From Hemiscyllium ocellatum (taxonomy: Eukaryota): 64,000 nt of DNA. Position 1 is the stretch's first letter, and every line of letters begins with the position of its first letter. A program made the position numbers and the translations under genes. Positions 10,451-22,639 of this stretch are shown one piece after another. The notes beneath the pieces were generated by a model that saw nothing but the letters and a program-made list of their open reading frames with translations, was not told the origin of the DNA and ran no database searches. The stretch is from assembly GCF_020745735.1 (NCBI RefSeq), contig NC_083416.1:79943131-80007130 (forward strand), in the 5' to 3' direction.

Positions 10451-12627
10451 TTATTTCAGATGTGAGTTTGAAATCCACCATGGCAGATGTGGAAATGCAA
10501 ATTCAATAAAAGTGCACATCTGGGATACAAAGCTGTTGTAAGGGTGACCATTTCGCCACTCTTACTTGTTTTAAATTTCTTTTGGTTCATTTATACATTT
10601 CATGGAAGGAAATTTGCCATACTCATTTAATCTGCTCTGGCCTCCATATGACTCCAGACTCTTAACTGTCTGCGGGGAAATTCAAAAAGAGCTATAAATA
10701 GTGGGCTAACCCATGACTGTGAAGTATTGTGAATGAATAAATGAGTTAATAATAATGATAATAATAACAAACTTTTAACAAAACCGATGGATTGACAGTG
10801 CAACAGGAAATACGTAAGTGTGATCTTCGAGCCATCGGACAGATGGAGCTGTGAGATAGGAAAATTAGGACCTGGGTATTCAAGATTACAATACATTTAA
10901 GAAGAACAGAATGATAGGTAAGGACTGAGGTGTATTTCTGTTAGTTGGAATCTCACCAATATACAGCAGCGTGATTGTCTCAGTACTTGAAATTAAGATG
11001 TCAAATTATTTTTTTCTGGAAATGAGAAATAAGAAAGGTTAAATGTAACATTTTGCACTGTTTCATAGACCCCCTAGCATTAACAACTCTGTAACTCTGT
11101 AACATTTAGTAGGGACTTGCGAGTGAAGCAGGCCAATAAACATGGAAGAGTTTTGTTTTACGTACAGATTTGATTAATCAGCTTAGCAACAGTAGCCTTG
11201 GTGATCAGTTAGTAGAGTTGCGCCGACAGTTACCCAGGGCCAATGGGCCAGTACTACGCTGCAATGCTCTGCTCTGTGTTCCAGAGTTCTTCAGACATCT
11301 TTGTAAGAGAAACGCCTATAGACCTAAGCAGGCAGCAGGCAATTTTTCGGTTATTGGTATGAACTTGTTAGAAATTAGCAGAAGAGACATTTGAAGACCA
11401 ATCACAAATGATTACAGGTGCCAGAAGCTAGAAATGCTATATCATCTAGCCTGATACGAAGCTTTCAATGTACAGACGACATCATATTAATAGGTATCAT
11501 CATGCAAGTGAGAACGGATGATCACTATATATTTTTAGTTTGTAAAAACTAATAAAATAACAACATATTCACAACTCTTTCATTTAACAAGCACTTATTT
11601 CATTTTCAGCAATTCTTATTCTGGCTAGGAAGTTCAATGGATTTCTGCTAATGTATTTGTACTGAAAACAAAAATCATAATGAAGGTTTAAAATATTAAA
11701 TTGATCGAAACTGCATATTATCCCAATTGATAAAGTTTATTTTGGCAGAAAACGTATTGTCAGAAGATAATTTTATTGACAGTCAGTTTGTGCATTTCAC
11801 TTAAGAAAGAAACAACATGAGTCAAGTATTTCGCCGAAATCATGAGTAGGTTGTGCAGCATAAAGATCTGAGGTTAACGAGAGGCATCTGAAAAACACAA
11901 CTCAATTCACATAATCCAATTATGATTACTAGACAGCAAGCATTGTCATGTCATGGGCTTCTTCCTATCCACCAGAAATCTTGTGACACAAACATAGATT
12001 TAAATGGCTTGAAAGGATACAAGATACTATGGAGTGTTAATGTGTGCATGCTATAATGTTACTTTGCAAGTTGTCGACAAATTAGATGTGTAATGCTTGC
12101 TTTATGTGTTTTCTCTTTAAATAGGTACTCAATAGTTAAAGCGTTACCTCATTATTCTGGAATCATTCTGTTGTTACCCTGGCAAAGAATCAACCTGGTG
12201 TTTCTAGCACTACAGCACTATTTCAATATTCACACTGTGTAAGTCATTAACGATTATAAGATTTACATTCCACATTTTTGAAACATGTCGATGTTTGGCA
12301 GGTATATACTCTACAACGCATTTTGCCATAATCATAGCTGTTTCACCAGTTCAAATATTGTCAAGTATTCTTTTTTTGAAAGAAACATTATGGGAAGCCT
12401 CTTGTATTAGTGTGACAAAACAATTTATAGATAAGTCCAGAAAATACTGAAAATGCTCAGTATCTGTGGCTGCAGAGTCAGAGCTGACATTGTGTGATAA
12501 GTTGAAATAAAACTGGACATTGCTCGAAATATATCAGCTTATACGTTGTGGAATTAATTGACATGCAATTTGAGTCCAGGTGCAGCTGAATGTGTCGCAG
12601 TAAGACATTCTAAATAACTACTGATTT

Positions 12628-12897
12628 GGTCCCTTTTGTGGTGCATTGATGGTATCCCTACCCGTAGACCAAGACATTTGGCTTCGAGTCCCACTTGCTC
12701 GAGAGGTCTGCAATAATATGTGAATCTGTTTGGTTCGAAAAAAAAACAGACTAAATTAAAAAAAAACACAACTATTTGTGAGGACCTCTTGTAATACAGT
12801 TGGAGAATCCCTACCTGTGAACGGGGATGCTCGGGTTCAAGCCCAACATGCTGCAAAGGGATGGACTATCATGTGTGAGTAGGTTGCTGAGAAAAAA
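12628..12897 (+). mobile_element. Two tandem short tRNA-derived SINE copies
   Basis: Direct repeats ~12628-12750 and ~12782-12897, each with ATCCCTACC, a degenerate B-box (GCTTCGAGTCCC / GGTTCAAGCCC) and an A-rich end. Confidence 0.65.
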
Positions 12898-13399
12898 TAG
12901 ATTAGATAATTTAAAACAATATGTAAAGGATTAACTTAATGACCTCAACCTAAATGCCAATTAGTATGCACACACCCTAAAGGTAAGCGAAGTCAAAGTT
13001 CAAAGACTGAACATGAAGTTTGATGATTGAATCTTTAATTATTTGTCAATGGGCAGGATCTACCTCCACTTATTTATCTTACATTAACCAAATAAACTGT
13101 TTATTAAACGTTCATTGCACAAAAGAAAACTATATAAACTTATTTATGTCAAAATAAAAATTAAAATGTTCGATCAGCAAAATTTAACACGTGAAAATGT
13201 GGCAACGTAAAACTGGTAATTAGTGATACCACAAACGTATTCCAGGAAATGTAATATTTTTTAATGCATGTCATACCTTAAGTTAGACGAACGTGTAATT
13301 GCACAATACACATAAATTATTGTACCTGCTAATTAGATTTTGGTTGCACACTTCTAAATGTATACAGTTTTCAGAAGGAGTGCAGCTTTAAGGCCGTTT

Positions 13400-13446
13400 G
13401 TTGCAGTTATTGGTTGCGACACTTTGTGTCGCTGTCCGCCAATAAG
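13400..13446 (+). promoter_or_regulatory. CSE/CTCF site plus CCAAT, gene 2 promoter
   Basis: TGCAG 13402, CGCT 13430 (28-nt offset), CCAAT 13439; conserved although the flanks are unrelated to the other genes. Confidence 0.9.
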
Positions 13447-13669
13447 GAGCTGAAACAGCGGTCGAGATCTACCCACCTCCTCTCGCAGGGATTGAAGAAG
13501 AAGATTGGTAATGTTCGAAACAGACTGTCGCTCCACTAATGCTGAAAGGACGTGTTACGAAGAGCTTGAATTTCTATCTCGCGCGTTTGTGTTAGAAATT
13601 AGATGAGATTGCCCTTCCTTTCAGAGGCGATAGAGGTAACTATTAGTGATTTAAAAATCAGAAAGAGCA

Positions 13670-16075
13670 ATGGCGAACATATTCGGCATCGGAGCGTCTT
13701 TCATTTTTCTGCACACCGTGTTGGAACTGGTTTTGGGGCAAATTCGCTACTCGATTCCCGAGGAATTGGAATATGGGGCCTTTGTTGGGAATATCGCTGA
13801 GGATTTGAGTCTAAACGTTCGGGAATTATCGGCCCGCAAATTTCGTATCGTCTCTGACAGCAGAAAGCAATATATGGAGGTAAATCTGAAAAATGGAATT
13901 TTGTTTGTTAGTGCAAGAATAGACAGAGAACAGCTCTGCAAAAAAGGCTCTACCTGCCTCCTTTCCGTCGAAATAGTGCTGGAAAATCCCTTGGAAATAC
14001 ATCGCGTTTCAGTGGAAATACTTGATATAAATGATAATGCACCGCGTTTTTCAAAGGACGAATATGTTTTACGGATTATTGAGGCGATTGCGCCAGGAAT
14101 GCGATTCCCTCTTGAGAGCGCTCACGACGCGGACGTAGGCAGAAATGCCGTCAGCATTTACCAGATCAGCGTAAACGAGCATTTCAGCCTCAAATTTCAG
14201 ACCAGAAATGATGCCAGTACAAGTGCCGAATTGCTGCTAGAAAAGCCTTTGGATCGTGAAGAACAGTCAAGCTTTGATCTTGTGCTTACTGCCATTGACG
14301 GTGGGGTGCCCCAGAGATCCGGTACTACTCGGATTCGAATTTACGTGATGGATGTCAATGACAACGCACCTGTGTTTGATCATGAAACATACAGAGTCAA
14401 TGTTGAAGAAAACACTCCTAAAGGTACTTTAGTTGTGAAACTTAATGCTGTTGATTCAGATGAAGGCACAAATGCTGAGCTAACATATTCTTTCACAAGT
14501 CACACTTCGCAAAAGGCTCGTGAGGTTTTCAAATTAAACCCGATAACTGGAGAAATCAGAGTTGAAGGAGCACTAGATTTTGAAGAATTGGCTGTTTATG
14601 AACTTGATGTAGAAACTGTGGATAAAGGTTCCTATCCATTGCTCGGACGTGCCAAAGTTATCGTCGAATTAATAGATACGAATGATAATGCCCCCGAGAT
14701 TGAGGTGACGTCATTATCCACTACAGTATCAGAAGATGCTCTACCTGGGACCAGGATAGCTACAATCAGTATAAGGGATGCTGACTCCAGTGAAAATGGA
14801 CAAACTCAATGTGATGTTGACATGGATGTACCATTTCAATTGCAGACGACTAAGAGCAACAATTATAAATTGGTCACTAGTCGTACTTTGGATCGGGAAA
14901 CAACACCAATGTACAATATATCAATTTTGGCTCGTGACAGAGGATCTCCGCCTCTGGCTACAAAGAAGCTTCTAATTGTGTCGGTTTCTGATGTAAACGA
15001 CAACGCTCCAAGATTTACGCAATCCTCATATAACGTGTTTGTAATGGAAAACAACAATCCTGGTGCTTCTATATTTGCCGTCACTGCTTCGGATGCAGAT
15101 TTGGATCAAAATGGGGAAGTGTCTTATCTTATCTTGAAAAAGCAAATAAAAGGTGGATCTTCCGCTCCTTATATTACAATTAACTCAAGGAGTGGAAATA
15201 TTAATGCTCTACTGTCATTCGACTATGAAAAGTTGAAGAACTTTGAGTTCAAAGTTCAAGCTCGCGACGCTGGAAATCCCCCATTGAGCAGTACTGCCAT
15301 TGTGAATGTCATTATTCTGGACCAAAATGACAATGCTCCTATTATTGTTTCGCCTTCAGCGTGGAATATTTCATCAGCTGTGAAGATTCTGAGCCAATCG
15401 CTATATCCGGGGAATTTGCTCACCAAGGTAATTGCAACCGATGCGGATTCAGGACAGAACATGCGGCTTTCCTTCAAAATTATTGAAGCCACTGATCCCA
15501 GTCTCCTCAGTATCGGCCTGTTCACTGGAGAAATAAAAGCAGTCCGCGGTTATAAGCAATACGACTCCACCACGCAAAGGGTAGTGATCCTGGTGAAGGA
15601 TAATGGACAGCCCAGTCTCTCCAGCTCGGCGACAGTCTACTTTTCAATCATGCCCAATGGTACAGATAAACTCTCTGTGTATAGTCACCAACCCAGAAAT
15701 CCAGAACAATTTTCGGATCTGAATGTTTATTTGATCATCATATTTGGTTCCACATCCTTTATGTTCCTTGTAATCATAATTTTCCTGGTGGCACTGAAGT
15801 GTAAACAAGCCAGAAGTTCAAATTACTACGAGTCCACAAATTATTGTTGCTGCAGCCAGAGGGAGTCGAATGCTGCTTTTAATCGAAGAGCTGTTCCGAA
15901 AGAAATGAACATTTATCCTCGTGGTCCTCTGACGCTCCCCATTGCTGAAGGAAATCAGTACACTCTCTGTTTATCTCCAGAATCATCCAAAAGTGATTTC
16001 TTATTCTTGAAGCCTTGCGAAGTAACGTTACCTCTTAATGATATCAATCTTCATGGAAGCAGTGTAGGAAAATAA
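13670..16075 (+). CDS. Clustered protocadherin variable exon (gene 2), divergent class
   Basis: 801-aa ORF with the same 6-EC/TM architecture, CKKGSTC in EC1 and tail LCLSPESSKSDFLFLKPC; clearly more diverged than the other four; CSE 240 nt upstream. Confidence 0.97.
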   Translation: MANIFGIGASFIFLHTVLELVLGQIRYSIPEELEYGAFVGNIAEDLSLNVRELSARKFRIVSDSRKQYMEVNLKNGILFVSARIDREQLCKKGSTCLLSVEIVLENPLEIHRVSVEILDINDNAPRFSKDEYVLRIIEAIAPGMRFPLESAHDADVGRNAVSIYQISVNEHFSLKFQTRNDASTSAELLLEKPLDREEQSSFDLVLTAIDGGVPQRSGTTRIRIYVMDVNDNAPVFDHETYRVNVEENTPKGTLVVKLNAVDSDEGTNAELTYSFTSHTSQKAREVFKLNPITGEIRVEGALDFEELAVYELDVETVDKGSYPLLGRAKVIVELIDTNDNAPEIEVTSLSTTVSEDALPGTRIATISIRDADSSENGQTQCDVDMDVPFQLQTTKSNNYKLVTSRTLDRETTPMYNISILARDRGSPPLATKKLLIVSVSDVNDNAPRFTQSSYNVFVMENNNPGASIFAVTASDADLDQNGEVSYLILKKQIKGGSSAPYITINSRSGNINALLSFDYEKLKNFEFKVQARDAGNPPLSSTAIVNVIILDQNDNAPIIVSPSAWNISSAVKILSQSLYPGNLLTKVIATDADSGQNMRLSFKIIEATDPSLLSIGLFTGEIKAVRGYKQYDSTTQRVVILVKDNGQPSLSSSATVYFSIMPNGTDKLSVYSHQPRNPEQFSDLNVYLIIIFGSTSFMFLVIIIFLVALKCKQARSSNYYESTNYCCCSQRESNAAFNRRAVPKEMNIYPRGPLTLPIAEGNQYTLCLSPESSKSDFLFLKPCEVTLPLNDINLHGSSVGK

Positions 16076-18002
16076 TAATTTTCTCCTGGAAATTATTGAT
16101 AACATTTTACTGTTGAGTGGAATTTATCTATTGTCCATTAGTTTTAAATGCACGTATGCACATAAACAACATTCATAAATGTATAAATATTAATCATCAT
16201 ATCTGTTAGTTTGATACGAATGCTTTGAATGGCTTTAGCAGAGCATGTTGGATAAATGCTAGAGCAAATAACTCTCTGCCAAACTGTTGCAATTTTTCTC
16301 TTGTCAAAGTTACTAAACATTTGGAATCAACATTCTTCCAGTAACTAGAAATATAGACAATGATGGGTCTAAAATATTTTTCTGGTCATTTTGATCCCTT
16401 AAAATCGTAGATTTTAGAGAAGAATATGTGAAGTACTTAGACATTTTAAAATAAGTATTTTTGCGTAATATTCTCAGATTTTATTCCTTGATGACGTACA
16501 TTGATTTTGAAAACCATAAAGTGAACATAAAACAAAGATCAAATGGACGTAATTTCACTTCTCATTTCGACTATTATGTAAAGTACTGGTCATTTTGTTA
16601 AGTCAACGTTTAAAACAAAGCATTTCCCGGGCAGGCCACCATAGAACGTGAGGATATCTTTAATCTATAATGAGTGTTTTGTTTTCATCCAAAACTCTTA
16701 AGTATAAAATTCTTTTTGCAGATATTGTGAAATAAAGCATTTTAAAATACTCCAATAACACATCAGCTTAAGAAAAAAGTGCCATGGCCTTGACAATTTT
16801 GGATTAACAGGTTGCAATCAATCGTAAACATTAATATAGAAAAACTATTCGAGGACAGCAATAGATTAGAAATTAATGCAGCAAAAGCTAATTCAAAATC
16901 ATATATTTCCAATGATAAACATACCCAAATAAATTTGTTTCATCACAGGCTCCAACCCGAGTCTATAATTATTCTGAACATTGGCAACTCTACTATAAAA
17001 TTTGTAACGCTCAGTCCTGTTTGCAATCAAAATTATTGCGACTTAGGTCATTGTGCTTGGTATTTTGGAGATACAGCTATTCACATTTATGTTTTGGAAT
17101 TTTGTCTCATTGTCAGTAAATCTGGCTATTAGCATGAATTGTGTTCCTACTGCTAATTTAGATAGAAGAGAAGCAATGGAAGAATGGATAAGAATATTTG
17201 ATTGAGGTCTTTAGAACTTTGTAATGCACACTCATACAGCACCTAAGATAGAAATTTGGGCGCGATAGTGAGAAGGCAAATTGTAACATTTTAAAGTTGT
17301 AACTTAAAGGAAAACATAGAAACTGATAAATGTTTGAATAATGGAGGCATTCACGAATACATGATAGATATGTTGAGGCATAAATGTTGTCTTAAGGTGC
17401 GTAAGAAAAAGAAATACGCCACAACTTATAAAATATATTACTCTTCCATACATTTTGAATTGTCTGATAATCTACTAATAGCCTAATTGTCATACAATCC
17501 TATAAATTACGTTAATTTTAACTTTACTAGACAGAGGTTCAGCATTGGGGAGCAGGTTATTTTGGATGATAATTATAATCATTTTCATGAGCAACCGAAG
17601 TGAGGATCCTGTGATAGGCAGAAAACCCCACCTCGTATATGAGGATGCATGGGAGGATTCCGAGATTGGAAGTTAACATACCCTTGAAAAGCATGCAGCG
17701 TGAGCACCTAGCAACACTTTGTAGGTATCGCCAAGAGGAATGGGTCAGTAGAGCACCTGTGCCAGACCATCAGTAACACCTGCAAGAACTGGCAAGTTGA
17801 GTGGACTGACATTTTTAGATAGAAATTGTCAATGGTAACTCTGAAAATAATTTGTGGAAGACACAACGACATTATAAAAATATGTTAACGAGTAAGCAAA
17901 GATTAACAAAGTTAATCTTTGTTAACAAATAAGTTGATATAATGAGGGAAATGTAAAATTGTCTATTTTAAGATGAAAAATATAGAAGAAGCAGGCAAAT
18001 AC

Positions 18003-19473
18003 AGTCACGGAATCATAAAGATGGACAGCATAGAGACAGACTCTTCAGTCCCCATCGTCCATGCTGACCAGGTATCCTAATCTCAGCCCATTTGGCAGCA
18101 ATCCCTCTAAACGCTTCCTATTCATATACTCTTCCAAATGCCTTTTAAATGTTGGTAATTGTACCAGTCTCCACCACTTCCTCTGCAGCTCATTCCATAC
18201 ACACACCACCCTCTGCCTGAAATAAATGCCCCTTAGGTCCATTTTTTATCTTTCCCCTCTCAATCTAAACTTAAGCCATCTAGTTCTGGATGCCCCCATC
18301 TCAGGGAAAATACTTTGCCTATTTCTTAATTCCCATGCCCCTCATGATTGTATAAACCAATGAGGTCACCCCTTAGCCTTCCAGGAAAAACAGCCCCAAC
18401 CTATTCACCCTCTCCTTATAACTCAAATCCTCCAACCCTGGCAACATCATGCAAATCTTGTCTGAATCCTTTCAAGTTTCACAACATCTTTCAGTTGGAA
18501 GGAGACCAGAGTTGCACGCAATATTCCCACTTCCTGTACAGCTGCAACATGGCCTCCCAACTCCGATACTCAATGCTCTGATCAATAAAGGAAAGCATAC
18601 CAAACGCCTTATTCACTATCCTATCGACAAGCGACTCTACTTTCAAGGAGCTATGAACCTGTACTCCAAGGTCTCTCTGCTCAGCAACACTCCCTAGAAC
18701 CTTACCATTAAGTGTATAACTCTTGCTAAGATTTGCTTTCCCAAAATGCAGCACCGCACATTTATCTAAATTAAACTCCATCTGCCATTCCTCAGCCCAT
18801 TGGCCCATCTGATCAACATCCCGTTGTGATCTGAGGTAACCTTCTTTTCTGTCCACTACTCCTTCAAGTTTGGAGTCATCAGCAAACTTACTAACAATAC
18901 CTCCTATGTTCATATCTAATTCATTTATATAAATGACGAAAGGTAGTGGACCCAGCGCTGATCCTTGTGGCACTCTACTCGTCAGAGGCCTCTAGTCTGA
19001 AAAAACAACCCTCCACCACTACCCTTTGTCTTCTACCTTTCAGCCAGTTCTGTATCGAAATAGGTAGTTCTCCCTGTATTCCATGAGAGCTAATCTTGCT
19101 AACCAGTTTCCCATGGGGAACCTTGTTGATAGCCTTACTGAAGTCCACATAGATCACGTCCACCGCTCTGCTCTCATCAGTCCTTTTTGTTACTTTGTTA
19201 CTTTTTCAAGCCAGTGAGACATGATTTCCCATGCACAAAGCCATGTTGACTATCGCTAATCAGTCCTTGCCTTTCCAAATCTGGGATTCCCTCCAACAAC
19301 TTGTCCACCACTGACGTCAGGCTCACTCATGTATAGTTCCCTGGCTCGTCCTTATCACCATTCCTAAGTAATGGTACGACTTCAGCCAGCCTTCAGTCTT
19401 CTGGCACCTCACCTGTGACTATCGATGATACAAATATCCAAGCAAGGGGGCCAGCAATCACTTCCCTAGCTTC
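18003..19473 (-). mobile_element. 5'-truncated CR1 LINE (RT region + 3' end)
   Basis: Minus ORFs DVIYVDFSKAINKVPH, PQGSALGP, SKFADD, FNLDKC; same family as the full-length copies. Confidence 0.9.
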
Positions 19474-19719
19474 TAATGAGAGATTGAAGAGTTCTAAGAT
19501 AAGCGTGCAAGAAGTTGGGTCAGAATTTAGGCCAATGACCATTTAGGCCAGTGAGTAAATGCCAACATTTGATAAGATCATAGGGTTTTTTCATAATCCT
19601 TAACTACACTTTCCTGCTTTATCCCCTTAACCCTAGACTCCCTTAATGAATACATGTCTTAGTATCTTCTGTAGATGCAGAATGTTCTGCATGCCCTTGC
19701 GAATATAGTGCAAAACGTT

Positions 19720-20345
19720 TCAAATGCAAATATTCATTTGCAGCAAATCATCCAGAAAACAAACAGGAAACTGAAAATTATCGTGGAGTTGTGGGTTTAG
19801 CACAAAACTAAGGAAGTTATGTTTCAATTTCACAGCGTTGTGGAACTGCATCTAGAATGCTTTACACAGTACTGGTCACTTTATATAAGGAACAATTTAA
19901 ATATGTTGGAGGAGGTTCATAAAGAGTTAGCGAAATCAATACCTTTAATGTGTGTGGTTTTGTCTTATGAGGCACGTTTCGACAGCTAGAACTCTACCCT
20001 TTTGATCTGGAAGAGTAAGCCGTGATTTGCTTCAGATATGTAAGACCATTGGTGATCTTGGTTTGGTAAATATGGAGAGCAGATTCATCTTATGGGAGAC
20101 TCTAGATCGGTGGGTGGGGGGTTGTCATAATTTTAATATTGGGGATCGTTTATTTAAAATAGAAATTAAGCAAAATGCTTTTTTCTGTGAGTACTGTAAA
20201 CCTTTCGAACTCTCTTTTTCAAAAGATCATGGAATCAGAGTGCTTGAATCTGTTTCAGAAAGCATGAATTATTGTTAATTCCAGAACTGAAAGGTTACCG
20301 GTGTAAGCAGAAATCTGGATTTGAGATTACATTGAGATCAGCTAT
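19720..20345 (+). mobile_element. Old degenerate CR1-type 3' fragment
   Basis: Decayed CR1 C-terminal/3'UTR-like sequence (e.g. catctagaatgc..cagtactggtcac..ttggaggaggttca); boundaries approximate. Confidence 0.5.
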
Positions 20346-21819
20346 TACTGATAGATAGTTCTGATAAAGAATCATATGAAACACGAATCGTTAACTCTGT
20401 TTTTCTCTCTGCAACTGCTGCTGGGTTTTGCGAATTTCCCCATTACTTTCTGCTCTTATTTCACAATTCCAACATGCAGTATTTTGATTTTAACCTAATT
20501 TACCGGCACGCTCGAGACCTAAATGACCAACTAGAGCTTCTAACCCGTGCAAAAGTACGTATTTTGAAATCGTTCTCGTATTATTTTGAACCGGTTTGCA
20601 TAGGCCATTGATGAGTTAGAGCGTATGACAACATGAAGATAAAACCCGCGTCTTCTGCTTTCAACAGCTACACCTCCAGCTTTTATGCGAACAGATACCA
20701 TGTTTCTCCACATTTCCGTCATAACAAAGGTCATGCAACCCAGGATAGGGAAGTCAGCAGGTCACTATATTGAGAGCAGTGCTATTGAAGGAAATCATGA
20801 ATTGGTCAAATTCATTTCGGATGTTGCCGATGATCAAGGTGTACTTTTATGTTTCTCTTAGATCGGTTGAACATTCTGAAATTGAATTTATTTACTTGTC
20901 ACGTTGACCACAGTTTTTCAACAATTACTTTATTAATTAATATTAAAACGAGAAAGGTAAATATTCAGTATGGGCACACCTTCTGAATCTGGTGGACAGT
21001 GGAAATTCTTCCGGTATGTTGTTTACCTGTGAAGGGTCGTTCTCTCTCAGAATCCCTGCTTCTTAGTGACCAGTGCCTCAACGAGTATCTGTAGTCTTCT
21101 AGCTAGACTCTTAAATTAATTATCATGGGGTCAACATGTGGTAAAATCGAAATCTATTAGCTTCGTGTGCAGGAAGTGGGCAACTTTGTTTGACAAGACG
21201 TGTAAAACATACTACCAGACAGCGGGTCAGCCCTGTTGTCAAAGGTCAACGCCAGCTAATTTTTTGTATCGAATTAAAATGACATTTCACCGTGCTTCAC
21301 ACAACTCTTCTATACTATTATTGGGAACAGACGAGCTTTTATTTTTCATTGATGATGTTAGGGCTTTAAATTCTGATCTTCACAAGAAGTGAAGTGATAA
21401 TCAGATGCAAGTGTACGTGGTCTGAGTCTATGTGCAGCAAGAGAACATTTTCCAGCTGAATTCCTTTGAACATGAGCCAGCAAAACATCACCAGATCCAC
21501 GTTAAAATCCAGGATGTTGAATCTCCACAATGAGCAGCATCATTTAAAATCAGTCAAGAGAAGTGAACTTCACAGGTTGTGTTGACATTCCTATTTGTTC
21601 TTGAGAAGATGATGGCGAGATGCCTGCTTGAATCGCATCAATCATTGGGTATTGTTTCATCAACAATGCGTTTAGGGAGGAAGTTCCAAGACTGAGACCC
21701 AGATGCAGTAAAGATGCGCTGAAATAGTTACAAGTGAAATGATTGCGAGTTGATTGATTTGGCAATGATTGCTACACGCGTGCAGGACATATTCAGGTCA
21801 TTTTACACATGGTTCTGCA

Positions 21820-22320
21820 ATTGTCACTGTTGCAGCTGTCCTGCAGTAGCTTGGTAAGCAGCAAGTTCCGGAGCAGACTTCATCAGTATTTTTGCTGGAA
21901 TGTTGTCAGGGTCCAATGCCTTCGCAATGTTCAGTGCCTCCATAAGTTTCTTGGTACTACGCGAAGTGAATTGAAATGGCTGTAGCCTGGCATCTGTGAT
22001 TGTTTGGATATCTGCAGGTGGTTGAGCTGAACCATACATTCAGCACTTCTGGAGGAATATTTTTGTAAAGCTTCAGACTCCTCTTTTGCAGTGATATTCT
22101 GCGTCTCCTATTATCCATGAGCATTGACATAATGATATTTGTGGAACCTCCTCTGCCTTGAAACGGTTCCTCATCATATACCTCCATTCAGGATTTCAAG
22201 TGGCAAGACCACAGACTGTTTCGTTCTGATTCAGACCTTCTGGAATTTCTTAACCTAAACTGCCGCAGCTTGCTGTTTGGTACATAAGCGTTGTTGCTTC
22301 ATCATTTTGTTGCTTCACCA
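21820..22320 (-). mobile_element. L2/Crack-like LINE fragment (RT N-terminus)
   Basis: Minus ORF KKLMEALNIAKALDPDNIPAKILMKSAPELAA, the KAxGPDxIP motif. Confidence 0.65.
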
Positions 22321-22326
22321 AGTTTG

Positions 22327-22639
22327 TAGGATTAGATCGAGTAAACAGTGAGAGCCTTTTCCTCGGATGGTGATGGCTAACACGAGGGGACATAGCTGTA
22401 AATTGAGGGGTGTCAGATATCAGAGGTAAGTTATTTATTCAGAGAGTAGTAAGGGCGTGGAATGTCCTGCCTGCAACTCGCCAACTTTCAGGGCATTTAC
22501 ATCGTAAGTGGATAAACATATGGATGATAATGAAATAGTGAAGTTAGATGGGCTTCTGATTGGTTTGTCAGGTTGGCTCAGCATCAAGAACCGAAGGGCC
22601 TGTACTACGCTGTATTGTTCTATGTTCTATGTTCTATGT
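22327..22639 (+). mobile_element. CR1 3' end with (TTCTATG)n tail, nested in an older LINE
   Basis: CR1-type 3' sequence ending GAAGGGCCTGTACTACGCTGTATTG(TTCTATG)3. Confidence 0.75.
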
